Positions 12,335-27,310 of a stretch of 64,000 nucleotides of DNA are shown here, in pieces; position 1 is the first letter of the stretch; each line of letters starts with the position of its first letter. The DNA is taken from the NCBI GenBank assembly GCA_021613535.1, contig CP075497.1, positions 2,480,001-2,544,000 on the forward strand. Direction: 5' to 3'. This stretch comes from Adineta vaga. Taxonomy: Eukaryota; Animalia; Rotifera. The position numbers and the translations under genes are program-made. The notes under the pieces are model-generated. The model ran no database searches. It was not told where the DNA came from and saw only the letters and a list, made by a program, of their open reading frames with translations.

Positions 12335-14922
12335 TCAATAATATACATCGAGCATAGTATTACTATTCGGATTTATATGAATCGGTTGTAGTCTATACTC
12401 TTGGGATGGACTTGTTGCAGGTCGATTGGAATATTGAGAATGGTTAATTAAGTTTCCATTCGATGCACGTAAAATAAATTCATTCGTATTAAAATATTTG
12501 TAGGGTGGTGTTTGTTTTTTATTGATATTTGCTGATGTTGGTAATTGTTCGGGTCGTCTCTGTGGATTTTCTATTTTATGATTAGTTATTGACGATCTGT
12601 TTGTTGGATGTATCGCATAGAGAGGATGTTGTAATGGCATAGAAGTCATTCGACGTTCTATGGGTGGACTTAACATCCGATGAAGAGGAGCTTGAAGTGT
12701 CGGACTATGATTTGTTAACAGGTTAGGTTGTGAACCGATCATCGCTGGTGGTGTTGCTGCCCATAGGGGATTTGTTGGAATAGGTGCACCACTCCCATTT
12801 GCTAGACGACTTTCATAACGTGGACTGAGATGCATTCCATGTTGAGGTTCGATATGTAAGTGTGTTTCAGAACGAGTTCGATTGTCATTTGGCTTTTGAT
12901 GTTGTTGATAATGACGATGTTTATGATAATGAGTATCATTATAGTAACTGTTTAAATCATTTTTCAAAGACGAATTCTGGTAAGATGAATCATTCTGTAA
13001 TTCATAATTGTTACTACGAGTAAAGATTTTTCTACAAGTATGAACTGTAAGTATGATAAGAAAATGATAAGAAAAAGTACAAACTTGGTAATTGCTGTAA
13101 TTGGTGGTGGTCGAAAACGAAAAACAGCTGGTTTATCTGGTTGTTCGATTTCGAGTGGTTCGATATTACCATCATTATCTGTCATTATTGAACCTGTTTC
13201 ATCTTTTAAAAAGTCAAATGCTAAACTAACAGTTTCAACCTAACATAGAAACAGAAATAAATAACTATAAAATATTCGTATTTGGATTCAATAAATTTCA
13301 TACTGGATCGAGAGTTGTGTCACTTCGCTGGGATGAAAAACGTTTTCTTCCCCGATTTTCAAAATCATCATTGCTATTCGTTGATCTTCGCAGTTCATTT
13401 ATATTGGATTTTTTGTTAGGTGAAACATGATTTGTAAATGTTTGTCGTTGTGGTGTCCGTTGATTATCTGGATCAATTGGTGTATAACCAACAATGGTCG
13501 GCTAAAATATAAAAAAATCAATGAGAATTAATCTAGTCCTTTTTATTGATTCTATTTCTATAAAACTTCAGTCACCTTTGATCTAAAACATAACCCACAA
13601 CTGGCACGTAGTTTTGCAGCTAAACTCGCAGTAAAACTTGACGATATCAACTTGTCATGTTTGAAACGAACCATCGTGTCATCTGATAGAAAGAGTACGT
13701 ATAGAAATGTCCATCAGCTAATTCTCATCGCTCAGACAGAATAGAGAACAAAAAGAAATGTAAATCTTCTTATCGATGAATGATGCGATTATAATATTGT
13801 TGTTGTTGTTGTTGCTGTTGTACTATGCAGAATAAGGTATAGAGAGGGAGAGGAAGGGGAAACTATATATGTTTGTTCAACAGAAAATGTTGATAATGAT
13901 GAAAGAACAATGTCGGTGGTTACCTCAGATCAAGAAAGAGAGAAATAGTAATCATTCACTTAATTGACTTCCTTTCTTTTTTTTCTTCCTATGTCCTATC
14001 GGTGACAAGGCTTTGTTTCCTTAAATAATTCTCTTTGTTCAACACATTTAATGACTTATTGACCGATTAAAGGCAATAAAAATGAACAAAAAGAATATGG
14101 ATATTGCATGAACATTAAAGGTAAATGTTTTATTTACCTCAGTACTTTTCCATGCTTGAGCACGTTGAATATTTCCACGAACAGCATGCACTGTGTCATA
14201 ATCTTTTGGTGGAAATAGAAGAGGTTCCTGTGAATCAATTTTCTTTTGTAATTCTTGTGTAATTGATTTAACAGGATCAAGTTTTTCTGGTCGACTACTA
14301 CTACTTCCCGATGAAGATGAAAGACCAGTATTGGTTCGATTAGAATCTAAAGTTGTTGTATTGGGCGATTGTGAGTTTATTTTAGGAGGATCATCACGAT
14401 CTATAGTAAGTAAATTACAATGAAGCAATTTTTGTTCAAGTTGAACCATTTGTGAACGGTGATCTTCGATAAAGGCATATGCATGAAGACGAAGCAATAG
14501 TTTCTGAGCACTACGTGATGAATAACACCGGTAAACATGTACAAATGCAGGATAATGACGACCAGTCAATGGCGATATATAGACAACACCTAATGAGAAA
14601 AAAAAGATAATTTTTTTCAGAAATTTGTTATTACGATAAACAACCTACCAACTGTATCATGTAAAGATTTACTAATAGAAGAACCAGCAATCATTGATGC
14701 TGGTACAAAAGTCGAATAGTTTTGTTCATCTTCATAAATAATTTTTACGCCATCTCGAGATACTGATAATCTTGATTTTACAAATTCACGTTTGGGTTTC
14801 AATTGTCGAACTAAACTAATTGCTTCTCGTATTGACGATTCATTTAAAAGTAATGTTGCAGCTGTACAACCACAATAATCGACATGAAATATTTTAGGCT
14901 TGGGAAATTTATGCAAAGCCAT
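12335..14922 (-). CDS. PTB/PID-domain protein with long low-complexity C-terminus
   Basis: FHVDYCGC...SRLSVSRDGVKI...HVYRC matches a PTB-like pattern; PLLFPPKDYDTVH motif; exons join in phase. Confidence 0.7.
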
Positions 14923-17073
14923 TGGACAAAACTAGATATACATACATATGTCTATAAATGATAAATGGTGTAAAGATACAAATGAGAGTGAAAGAGTTTG
15001 TTCATATACTACAGTCGAAGTTTATCAAGAAAACAAAAGAAAGAAAAACACAATGAGAGATGAAGCCAATATAAAAGTTGTATTCGAATAGATTGGACCT
15101 TGAGACAACAACCATGTCGACGATTTTGTATTGACTTGAGAGAACGTGACTATTATCTTATTTACGATAAAGAGAAGAGGAAAGATAAATCTGACCTATT
15201 AATTGAGACAAATCAATACACATTTATCTATCGCCTTGGACAATTCCGTTTTCTGAGCTCTCAACACTATTCTAACCTTTCCTTTTGTCTTTCTTTCTAA
15301 ACAAATTTATGTTTCACTCCTTTTAAGATGTCAGTCAGTTGACTTTACCTACTTCTTTCTAATAAAACACGTCTATTCCAATTAATTGGTCACTGTATTG
15401 ATCATATTACGAACGACTGTTACTTATCCATATAGTCTTATTACACTCTTATAATAAGATATTGAAGTGCAAAATAAGACGCAATCGATAGACAAATAAT
15501 TACAATTTAATAAATGATGGCGATGATATATATATATATATGTATATATTTATAAATGTATGAATAATGAAAATGGCAACAACATCGAAAAGAAAAAAAA
15601 TGAATAGTTAATAGGAGTATGTGAATAAAATATTTTTCTCTGTAGTTCGAAATTTCATTCTATAATTACTAATCAGACACTTGAGAAGAAAGAGAAAGGC
15701 GGTACGAAATAATGTCGCCCACTATTTCATTTCTTTTTATATATATATATATACATATATGTGGGTGTTTAAGATTAATAAAAAAACACTGTTATATTTC
15801 ATTTTCATTTCTACTTGATATATCTTCAACTTGAATTTTGACTATTTATTCTTTGTTAAAAAGAAAACAAGATTTCTATTTTGTTGACATTCAATTACAT
15901 ACATGAAATGTCAACTAAATATAGAAGAACAACAAAATATTGATTGTATAAAAATTGCAAGTAATACTATTTCTAAGGTCATTAAATTCTTTTCAATGAA
16001 AACGAAATCAAATACTATATACATACTTCATATAAACACTATTTTATGTATTTGCCAATCATTTGCGAGGAAAAAAAGGCATCTACTATGAAAAATTAAT
16101 ACTAGCAAAAGAAAGGTAATGTATCGAGTCGGTAAATAGATAGTAAGTCTTATCAAGAAAAAGAGGGAAGGACGCCGTTCAAGTACGACAATTACATCAA
16201 ACAATGTTGTTGTTTTTACACTACAATGTTCTCATTTCAATTACATTTTCACATACTCATTGCTTTTTGTTTAACATGCAATAAGATTAAAGTTTCTAAT
16301 GAATCTATTCAATATATAATAAATCTATTTTTTACCTTTTACATCATATTTATTGTCTTGCTTACTGACATAGTAAATGTTTACATGTAACCTATTGCTT
16401 ATTTTAATCGATGTACTTTTATCGTTTCTTTAATAATTCTTTGATAGAATAACGAAGGTTGTTGTGAATGCTTACCATTTCTTTTGTAAGATGACGGCAA
16501 TGTTAGTATGTCCAATATCTTATCGAATAGTTGATGTTGTGCTTTTAGATGATATTCATCTCACGTTTTTATCTTTTAGACATCAACTCATTCTTTTCTA
16601 TTCTTTAAAATCTCAACGTAAAAAAATATTAGTTGGTTGCTCTTTTTCTTCTCATACTTCTACTTAGTATGATCATGATGTAGCGAATCTCTAAGACTGC
16701 TTCTGTCTTTTCTTGAAAGTATTCATTGATTGTAAAACGACAAAGCATGAATGTAAGAGAATGTAGTTTTATTTTATGTCATTGTATCAATATTGATAAA
16801 CATATATGTATAGAATTAATATGAAAAGAAAAGAAAGAAAGAATCCCCGAACTAAATTCTAAGTTTTGGTTTTCTTGATTTGATAAAGAGATATAATGTT
16901 AGAAGCGAAGACTGAACTTAAGAGAGATATGTCTATATACAGAGAGAGAGAGAAAAAAATAAGCCTGAGCAGCATGATGAATTAGTATACAAAACAAGGA
17001 AAATAAGATGAAAGAGAAAACGAAATAAGAAATGAAATTGCACATGAAACATAATTAACAAAATGAACACAAC

Positions 17074-20000
17074 TCATTCTTCTTGATCAGGTGGTTTACG
17101 AAAAAATTTTAATTTATCTCGAAATGACATTGTTTCTGTTGATACACCACTTGAATCTTCATTGTTAACATTTTCTTTATTAATACCATTCATATGACCA
17201 TTTTGTTGTTGAAAACGTTTCGTACGAAAACGTGGATCTAAATAGACTTCTTGCGCACCGATAACAGAAGGTGTATGATGATTTGATGTATCATCGTGCG
17301 TATATAAATCATCACGACGTGTCAGTTCAGCTGTTATACGTTCGACAGCATGAAGTGATGAAACAGGTATTGCAACAATACTTGATGTTGGTGATGTTTC
17401 ATGTCCAAGCGGAGGTGGTGGAGGTAAAGGTGGACTAATTAAGTGATGATCACTGAAAAGAAAGAATTCAATGTTTGAAAAAAAGATGATATTTTTGTTG
17501 GTAGAGAAAATATTACTTTGCAGTCCGCTGCATTAAGGATTGCTTAATATTATTAGCGACAGCAAAAGAAATATCTCTAGTTGGTGGTGGAGGTGGAATA
17601 GGCGGTGAAAATTGATTTTCAAAATTATCTTTCGAAATCGGAATATGACCACTTGATGATGAATGTTTCATTGAATCATTTGATAAAGGTGGTGAATCAG
17701 GTATACGCTAGAAGAAAAAACAACAGAGATTATTTAAAGTTTCTTTTTTTTTGAGTTTTGATTGTCTTACAATATGTTTGGATAATCGAGCTTGTTCTTT
17801 CTTAGCTTCAATTGATCGATCTTCTTCTGACATTCGACGCATTTGTAAATCACGTATATCACGATCAGTACGATCCTTTAAAAATGAAAATTTTCATTCA
17901 CGAATAATTTCATTATGATATCATACTCGATCTTTACGTAAACGTGCATCAAGATCAGCTTCACGTTTTGCTTGTAAACGATTAACATGTGCTCGTTCAA
18001 CTTGTCGATCGTGTTCGTACTGTTCCAAACGACGTTTCAATCTATATAAATACCAAGAAGAGAAATAACTATCAACTGAAAGGTATGTGTTTTCCTTTAC
18101 TTTTCATCAAATTCATTCATATCATCAGTTGAATTTGGTGAGGGTGATATTGTTGAAATCTATAAAGGAAAAACTATGGATAAGAAAGATTTATTTTTGT
18201 TTATGGAATCTTACAGGAATTATATTGATACGTTCTTCTTCATTTTCATTTCCATTTGTGTGAAAATTGAATTCTTCAACACGTCGATCAAATTCATGTT
18301 CCAATTGTAAATTACTAGAAAAAAAAAACTTTAGATAAAAGACAACGTTTAGTTTGGAAAAACATACCTTAATTCTTTCTCTTCGATATCATTACGCTCA
18401 GGACGATTTGATAAATCATTGATACGTTTTAAACGAAATTCACTAATATTATTCTGACGACTATTTGCTAATTTCGGTGCTTCCGGTTGTGGTGTACGTG
18501 GCTTTCTGAAAACAAAGATTTCATAGGTAATGTCGATTTATTTCCTTCAAGGAAAATATATGTGTAACTCACCGCACAGGCGGAGCTAAATGATCTGACG
18601 ATGAGGATAAACTTGCTTTTGATAATCGATGAGTTAGATCATTATCATTTGTCTAAAGAAAATACGATGAAAAATGTTTTAAAGAGAATTCGAAATAAAA
18701 TTTGACTAACTGTATTCGTGTGCTTGATTAATGCAAGAGCACTAATCATTGGTTTAGGTAATGGTTTTGGTGCTATTGTTGGTCCAATAGCTGATTGAGT
18801 ATGATTTATAGGTTTTATATGATGATTACCATTCGTATAACCGTTTTGAGTTGGAGGAATATCTTCTCGAAAGATTAAAGGTGGTGCTGTAGATAAATTT
18901 CGATCACCGAATGATTGTCGTTCACTAGCTGAACGAATGAAATTCGTTGGTTGAAGATCATCTTCATCCTCTTCGATCTCTTCCTCCTCTTCTTCTTCTT
19001 CTTCTCCTCCACCATGACCATTATGATGTTGATGATGATGATGATGATGATGATGATAATGTTCATTTCCATTGACATGATGATTATCATGATCATATGT
19101 TCGTTTAGGAATTTCAAATGTTTGATTTCGGTTATTATTTATGGGTGGATATTGATTTTGATTTGAATGAAAAAGATTTGGATTTGATTGATGTTGTTGA
19201 GTTGAAAGATAATTATGTAATAGATCATGATTATTTTCTTCTTCAGCTAACAATTGTGCTGAACGTGCTGGTTGAATTAAACGAAGGGGATTTTCATTTT
19301 GAACAAGGCGTTGTTGTTGATGAAACGAAGGTGGTTGTTGTTGTTGTGAATTTGTGTTATTAATCGGAACACTTTTCGCATTATAAACGAATTCGTATGA
19401 TGATGAAGTAACAGGTAATTGCGAACGTGAGGCCGGTCGAGGTTGACTTATGATTGTTGGTGGCATTTGAGGAGGAAGAGGATGATGATGTTGTTGTTGT
19501 TGTTGTTGCTGCTGCTGCTGGTGATGATGATGAGGTGGATGAGCTAATGTAGCAAAATGATTTTGATGATGAGGATGATGTTGTTGACCATTGCTATGAG
19601 TTAATAATCGTTCGTGACTACCAGCAGATTTTAAGGGAACTGTTGAAGATGATATTGGAAGATGCGGATGTGATAATAATGATGGATTTGATATTGAAGG
19701 AAAATGAGCAAGTTGTTGTTGTTGTTGCTGATGATGGACATGATGATGATTTTCAGATGGTTTAGTAAGTAAAGCAGAGAGACCTTGAGATTGGCAGCAT
19801 CTTTAAGAACTTGTAATGTAACCATTGGTCCACATTGTTTCAATGCTTCTGCCGCTCTAAATAAAGCAAATTCATCATGAAAAACAATGCGATTTTTTCG
19901 ATTTAAATTCTCTTCTTACTGTTCTTGTGTAATATCAATGAGACTTATTTTATCTACACAAAGTATTTGATCACCAGCTTGAAGACGTCCATCATCTTCC

Positions 20001-23000
20001 GCTGCCCCACCTGGTACAATAGCTTTGATATAAATCCCTTGAAATTGTTGTGATTCACCCTGAAAAGAAATCAAACATTATTCATTCACCCATTATATCC
20101 GTCATCTTACTTTTGCTGCAACAATACTTAAACCAAGACTATTGCCTTTTTTACTCAATGTAACCGTTTCAACGCTATGACTTCCATCACTACTATTACT
20201 AAGTCCATTTTCCATCTAAATCAAATTCATACACATGATTAAAAGAAAAAATCGTAAAATTCTTCAATTACATTTGATGCTTGCATAAATTCCGTCCACA
20301 TTCCTAAACTATGAGGATTGGTAAATAATCGACATAATGACGAACGGCTCATTGGTTCAATAAATTCAAACAATTGTTGTGGTATACTACGTAAATTTTC
20401 ACATGTATAACCATCTTCCGGTAATAGAAATGGTAAATTTAATTCTGGTTCTTCAGCTAATTGAACAAGTACACCTTCACGACGTAAATTTTCATCAACA
20501 TGTTTATAAGTAGCAGCAAGAAGACTAAAGAAAAGAAAAAAAAATCAACAATGATATTCTTCATTAGTATTGATTACATAAAAGAAGAAATGATTGAAAA
20601 CAAGTCATTAACATCATGCTCAAACGAAGATTAAAGAACTATCAGTATCGATGAAAGATATCATCAATCAATCAATATTTCATCATCCATCCTTGATTCT
20701 TTTCTTTGCTTCATATACACAATATTCAATTATAAGTTATGAACGGATTCTCCATGAATGAGAACAATGACATGTGTATTTTTATACAGATGAGAATAAC
20801 GACAAAGAATAGTTTCTAGCCAATCATCTTGGAAAAAGTTACACGCTCATGTTGAAAGCTTTACTCAACAAACAAGAATCTTTTTTCAGATAACAATCTT
20901 CTATCGTTTACTAAATGAATAATCTAAGACTAGATATAGAAGAAAGCTCCTTTACATTCAATACTAATCCTATCGATCATCTTTTTCTTATGAACGAATA
21001 GTCTTCTGCATATTAAACAAGTAACCTAACCCGATATTTTCATCTTATTCAAACAAAGAAAACCTTAGTCGAATTTCATATTTCTTTTGTTATGATAAAT
21101 ATTCTTTCATCATCAATTGACTTACGCTTGACTAAATGTTGATGAAATTGGTGCTTCATTTCGATTCAAAACATAATTATTCAATATTTGTTTGACTTGT
21201 ATTGAATTGAGTTTGAAATTATTTATCGATATCAATTGTTGAACATCATGTGTATCACGTTTATTATTTTGTAATAATAAACAGATTTGATTCACTTTTG
21301 TTAAATGACAATCCGATGCTAATTCTAAACCTTGTCGTTGTGCCCAATCACTGATTGATTTCAAACGTACAGATAATTTTTCACCCCAAAAATGTGAACA
21401 TAATTTCAATTCCGGACAACAAACCATTCGATTAAATAACCATGTATTTATATAATGAAATATTTGAGAAAACATTTGAATAGTTAACGCTGCATTCACA
21501 CGACATTTACGTAATAAATCCATAATTGATGAGAGTGTCGCAAGTATATCACCTAAAGTTGCCTGATGATAATTATCTGTATTCATATCTAATGTTACCC
21601 AACGTGCATCAGATAGTTTAACATTCGTCGAACTATTTTCGTCTAGAGAAAACAAGAAACGGATTTTTATTGAAGAAATTTCAATAATCAACTTTTCTTC
21701 TTACCAAAGGCAATGTAGACATCATGTTCAACATCATCTTGTGGATTGGTAAATGAAATTAAGTATTTGTCTAATTCATTTTGAACAAGATGAGTTAAAT
21801 AACGAAATAATCGTTGGACACATTCAGCTAAACGATCTTGAACATCATGAGAGATTTTTGAAATATCACGATCTTGTTTGATGAAATAAAGTAATTCAGA
21901 TGTATTAGCAATCCAATAAGCTAAGTAACCACCATGTTCATGACATTCCTTTTGTTAATGAAACAAAAACATCAGTTAATTGAAGAGAGAAACATGAAGT
22001 TGTGAAATATTCATACTTCAATTTTTTTACTTATCATATCTTCGATACGATAAAGTAATGAAATTATATTTTCTTGTTTTTGTACTAATGGAAAATTTGG
22101 TTTTCCATATGGCGAAAGACGATGTCGTAATGTCATGTAGATAGCATAGACAGGTGAGAGACGAAATTGAATGTTATTTAATGGATAATTTTCAAAAACT
22201 GCATGAAGAAATCGATTTTCCGCTAGAAAAAGAAAAAAAATTTATTTTGAAAAAACAGAAGTTTTTGTTCGTAATGTTTGACATGTGACCCATTTACATC
22301 AACATGAGTAGGAAGGATATTAATCTCCTGTAATATTATATTCTTATTTTCATTAATCAAAATCTGTTATTTATACAGACAAAATTCTATCCAAATGTTT
22401 TGGCACTTATGATCTCGCGTTAGATATATTGTTCGTTATCTTTCGTTAAAAATTCAATTAATTATGATTTAATTTCATAATAAATCAAGTAGAACTTTCG
22501 TACGATAATTATTAATGTCGATTAAACAACTGTGCTATGTCTCTATCCCTTGAGATGTTGACTTATGTTTTGATTACTCGTCTACATTTGTTCCAGATTG
22601 ACGCATCTGTCCAAAACAAACGATATCTGGAAGTATTTCGCGATTATCTCAACCAGCTGATAACATAGTTAATTGTGTTGACTTTTCGCCTCTAATGATT
22701 ATTTTTAGTTAAAGAAAATCGTCTTACTTTCAGTCGGAACTTCTAGTAAACCCGGAAGAACATCAATCATTGTTCTAAAAAAAGATAAATAGACAAAAAT
22801 CAAGGACAAGGTCAGAAGTGTCGTGGTTTTTTACCCAGGATCAACATTTTGATTGGATTTCTTTGTTTGTAAATCTTTTGGTGGTCGAATTTGTAATGTA
22901 TTTGATTCGACTTGATTCAGTTTTTTTGTTCCAGCCATTGGCAATGTCGATAGAGAACCATGTGTTACTGATTTGTCACCATTTAATTGTACTTTGGGTT

Positions 23001-25549
23001 TGACTGTTGTTTTATTAACAAATTGTGGGTCACAATAACGAAATGTGGAATTTCGTCCAAAACAAACCATTGAACCATGCTGAAGAACGAACGGTGTTGA
23101 AACAAGTTTGCCATTTAACCAAACTTCACCACGAGGTGTTAGAGTAACAATACCATTTTGATTATGAATCGTACAATGATCACGATCAATTCCCACACCA
23201 TCAATCTGAAATAATTCTCTTATATTCATTCATCAGAAAACGAAATGCAATTTATTTACATAGAAATATTGTTTTCCAACACCAGCTTTTGCATCACGAC
23301 CAACATATGTTGTATTTGGATGAATTTTAAAAACACGGGGTGTAGGAAGATCAGTTCCATCTACAAAAAACAATCTTCATTTCCTTACACATAAGCACAA
23401 ATCTTACCATTTTTAACTTCGACAAACATCGACAAATGATCATTTATAGTTCGATCTTGAATTGATGGTGTTGGAACTGAATCCATTGCGGATTCTTGTG
23501 CTCGAAGTCGTTTACGAATTTCAATATATTCCGGTGGACATTTCACAACTTTAAACATAATTGAACCTGCAAAATATCAATTTGCATTAATCACCTGATG
23601 ATTTTTTTTGTTTTCTAATAGACAAACCTTCATTTTTCTGTGCATGATTTAAACAAATACTTAATGGACATTCTTTGTCATGAAGAATAACTTCTTTGAT
23701 GATCTTATTATCCATTTGATCACGTGGTGGAATAACAATCTTTAATAAGAAAAAACAAATACTCAAAACATTTTCAAGAAAAAAAAACTATTTTCATACT
23801 TGAAGAAGACAGTAGTTTTGAGGGTCTTCATGTTTTAATCCATATTTTTCAAGCATTTCTTTTACTACCCATTCAGCTGTATCTTTTATTGATAAAAGAA
23901 ATGTTTTGTATGGAATCGATGGATTTAATGCATCACCAAATACTTTCATTGTGCCACCTTGAAGGAGAAGAAAAAACAGATTTCAAACGATTGATTTGAG
24001 AATAAAATTACCTCCTTCTTTGGTGCTGATTTTAATAAACTTTTGTTTCAAACGATCTTGTTGAATCTTTTTCACCATTTCAGGATTTGATAATGAACGA
24101 GTAAATTTATTTGTTTCAGGAACCGATTTATATAATGATTCACCGATTGCTGTGGGTGTTACTATTGATGATTGATTATCATTTTCATCAATACCATTTT
24201 TCTATAAAGACAAACAATGTAAAAAGTCGTCAAAAAAAGAAAACTTGTTTTTTTTCTTTCATCGTTCTTTTTTTTTTTACTGATTTTGATACCTATTGAA
24301 TTGAATATGTATATATTTATACATCCACTGAAGGTGTCTGCACGTTAAATAAATAGAGAGAGAAAGAGTATCGATATGATTTTTTTTCTTATTCAAGGTG
24401 AAGTATTACACTTTTCTTGATTTAATAAGCTTTAAATTTCTCATTTCGTTCGACGATTGCCTAGGAAGACTTTGAACTAATGTTTAGTCAAGCATTAGAA
24501 AGGTCAATTCCTAACTTCGATCATTAATGGACTACTACACTTGCATATAGTTACTTAGATCATTACGGAGGAAAAAGCCCGTTCATATTTATGTAAATCA
24601 TTCAATATACTTTCGGACTATGGTTTCGTATGGTCATATGTAAAGAGTGATTTCAATAGATTCGATAATACGTGAGTATCTCTACATAGAATAGTTAATT
24701 AAATAGCGAGATGATTTCTAATCAAAATATTAGAACTGAACAATTCACAACACCCAGAAAAAAAAGACGAAATAAGCAATAAGCGTACATTAAAAGCAGA
24801 GCATTATGATTACCGATAAACTCTCGTCGAAAGAAAATCCTATTATGAAAAGAGAGACATGCAATGTACTATGCAAATGAAATATTCTTATCAATTCAAT
24901 TAAAACTAAAAGAGAAAAAATGGATTTTAACATACTTTATCTTGCTTTTTCTTTTTCTTTGATTCCCGTTTTGATGATCGTCGTTCTTTAAAACTTCCAC
25001 CAATTGGTTTTGTTAACTAATAATATCACCAAAAAAAAATTGTTTTAAAATAACCTCTTTTTCTTTTTATCAATACGAACTTTAGGTAATTTCGCATTTT
25101 GTAAAACAAATCGACCTTCTCGCTGATCTTTACCCCAATAAAGTTGAACCCATAATGGTCGTTCATCCATTTCTAGTTTTCTTCCATCTAAATTATTACC
25201 CGTACATTTCTTCGTTTCATCCCCTTTCGAAAAAAAGAACGAACAAACCTCCATTTGGATGAACTTCATAAATACAATAATCTTTTTCATTTGGTAATGT
25301 TTTCATATCCGGTCTTAGTTTTTCCATAAGAACACGGATAACATCTAATGTATTTGCTGTACTTGCTACACGTATACATTTTGTTGTTACTTTATCTTCT
25401 GCATCTTGAAAATAGAATCTCATAACTCCATAGAAATCGAGAACTTCATTAGGTTCGCTGATTTTAAATAAATCCAAACGAGTCGAATTCCATTCATTAA
25501 TAAGATTGAGTATTTCCGAACGATCTTTCGGCAATCCGTTCATGGTCAT
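17074..25549 (-). CDS. AFDN: Afadin/canoe (RA-RA-FHA-DIL-PDZ scaffold)
   Basis: [31 protein letters not shown]; second RA domain ([18 protein letters not shown]); FHA; DIL ([24 protein letters not shown]); PDZ ([36 protein letters not shown]); terminal [10 protein letters not shown]. Confidence 0.97.
18960..19540 (-). repeat. Coding trinucleotide repeats (poly-His, poly-Glu, poly-Gln) inside afadin
   Basis: (gat)n, (tct)n, (tgt)n and (tgc)n runs translate to HHHH, EEEE and QQQQ in the afadin frame. Confidence 0.85.
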
Positions 25550-26139
25550 GTCATATCTAGAAATAGAATATTTGTCTAATGGAAGAGAAAGAAAAGAAGG
25601 GAAGTAATATCCTTGTCCTTCGTCATACCACCGTCAACCGATGATAATAAAGAATGAAAGATCTTTATCGTCGGTTGCTTTTTTCTAGGGATGTTATAAA
25701 CATGTCTATTGGAAAGTTCAACTGACGAGCAATTCTTCCTGTTATGTTCATTCATTTTTTTTTCTCTCTTTATTGTCCATATGCACGAACGAAACAATGA
25801 CCCAGAAAATGAATAAAAAACACGAATCAAATTCAACTTCTAGATGTCGCTAAATCACTTTTATCTGATTGGTTCCATCACGAAAATGATGATTATCCAT
25901 CTATAAATTGAATTGAATTTTCATTTTTTCCAGAAAACTCTTGTATGTGATACTTGCAAGTGTCAGAGAGAATTACTCAAGATTTCAAATATATTTTGCA
26001 ATAACAGTTGTTCTATTTTGTTTATTCCCACTTTCAATGAATCTCAAGTTGACTGCGTATGATTATACATGAGTCAGATGTTTCTTTTTGACAGATTTAT
26101 ATTTATAGAAATTCAAGATATTTTGGGAATTTATCACGA

Positions 26140-27259
26140 ATGTATTCAACCTTTCGTAAGTCGTCATTTGGTATTATTGGTATTGCACAATCATAATACA
26201 ATACCATTTGTTGAATCTACTTTTGATATAAAATGACTATGAAAAGAACACTTGTGTACTTATAGGAATGATTGAATCGCGTATTGCCCAAATGATCAGT
26301 TTATCAAAAAAGAAATATACTGTTAGTTATTTGTTTTGTTGAAAATTTGAAATCATATTTCTTTTGTATAGATTGCCATAGAAGGAAATATAGGTTCAGG
26401 GTAAGTTGAAGATGATTGTAATAAGATCAACGATATTGAAGATTGATATTCAGAAAAAGTACTGTACTCAACTATCTTTCCAAATCATCGTTATTTGATG
26501 TAAGAAGTCTACAAATTTCATTTTTTCCCTACTAATTTTATAATGTGATATATCAGATTGTTGCGGAACCAATTGAAACTTGGACCAATTTCAAAGGCAA
26601 TAATCTTCTTGTAAGGAATTTCAATATATGATGAAATAATTCCATCGATGCATTGATCCTAGGCGATGCTTTATAATGATCCGCATCGATGGGGTTTTAC
26701 ATTCCAAACTAATGTTCAAATGTCACTCTTAAAATTACATTCACAACCATCGAAAGCACCAGTAAAAGTGATGGAAAGATCGATATATAGTGCAAGATAT
26801 TGTTTCGTAGAGAATCTTTATAAAAAGTATGATTTTGATTTTTGTAAAAATCTTTTCATTAAATTTCTTTTTTTAGTAAAATTTTACAAAATGTTGAATA
26901 TGAAATTCTAAACGATTGGTTTCAAGTGTTAACGTCGAATGATTCTTGTCATCTTGATCTAATTGGTATATAAGTTCTATTCATCATTCTGCTCTTATTG
27001 TGTTTTGTTTTGTTTTCGTTTAGTTTATCTTCGTACATCGCCAGAAACATGTCTTGAACGTATTAAAACTCGCAATCGACCCGAAGAACATTCCATTACT
27101 CTTGATTATCTATATCAATTACATGATCGTCATGAAGAATGGCTTTCATCTCAAACTCGAACAATGAAAGCACCTGTTCTTATCGTTGATGCTGAACAAG
27201 CCGAAGAAGATGTGTACAGTGAAACAAACGCACATCTGATGAATCTTGTTTCATGTTAA
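26140..27259 (+). CDS. dnk: Deoxynucleoside kinase (dNK/TK2 family)
   Basis: P-loop IAIEGNIGSGKST split over micro-exons; EPIETW; MERSIYSARYCFVENL; lid region ERIKTRNRPEE. Confidence 0.93.
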
Positions 27260-27310
27260 ATGTTTATTATACATATAGGTTTTGTGTTATTGTATAAAAA
27301 AAAACGATGT

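Noticed and set aside
18875-19363. Poly-Ile/Met/Phe ORFs overlapping afadin
   Set aside because: Off-frame and antisense readings of the His/Glu/Gln trinucleotide repeats.
22270-22720. Enlarged afadin intron, possible transposon insertion
   Set aside because: No TIRs, TSD or transposase motif could be identified by eye.
27256-27259. dNK and MEIOB ORFs apparently sharing a TTAA stop palindrome
   Set aside because: Artefact of the unspliced ORF track; after splicing, MEIOB ends MDDDE* at 27311.
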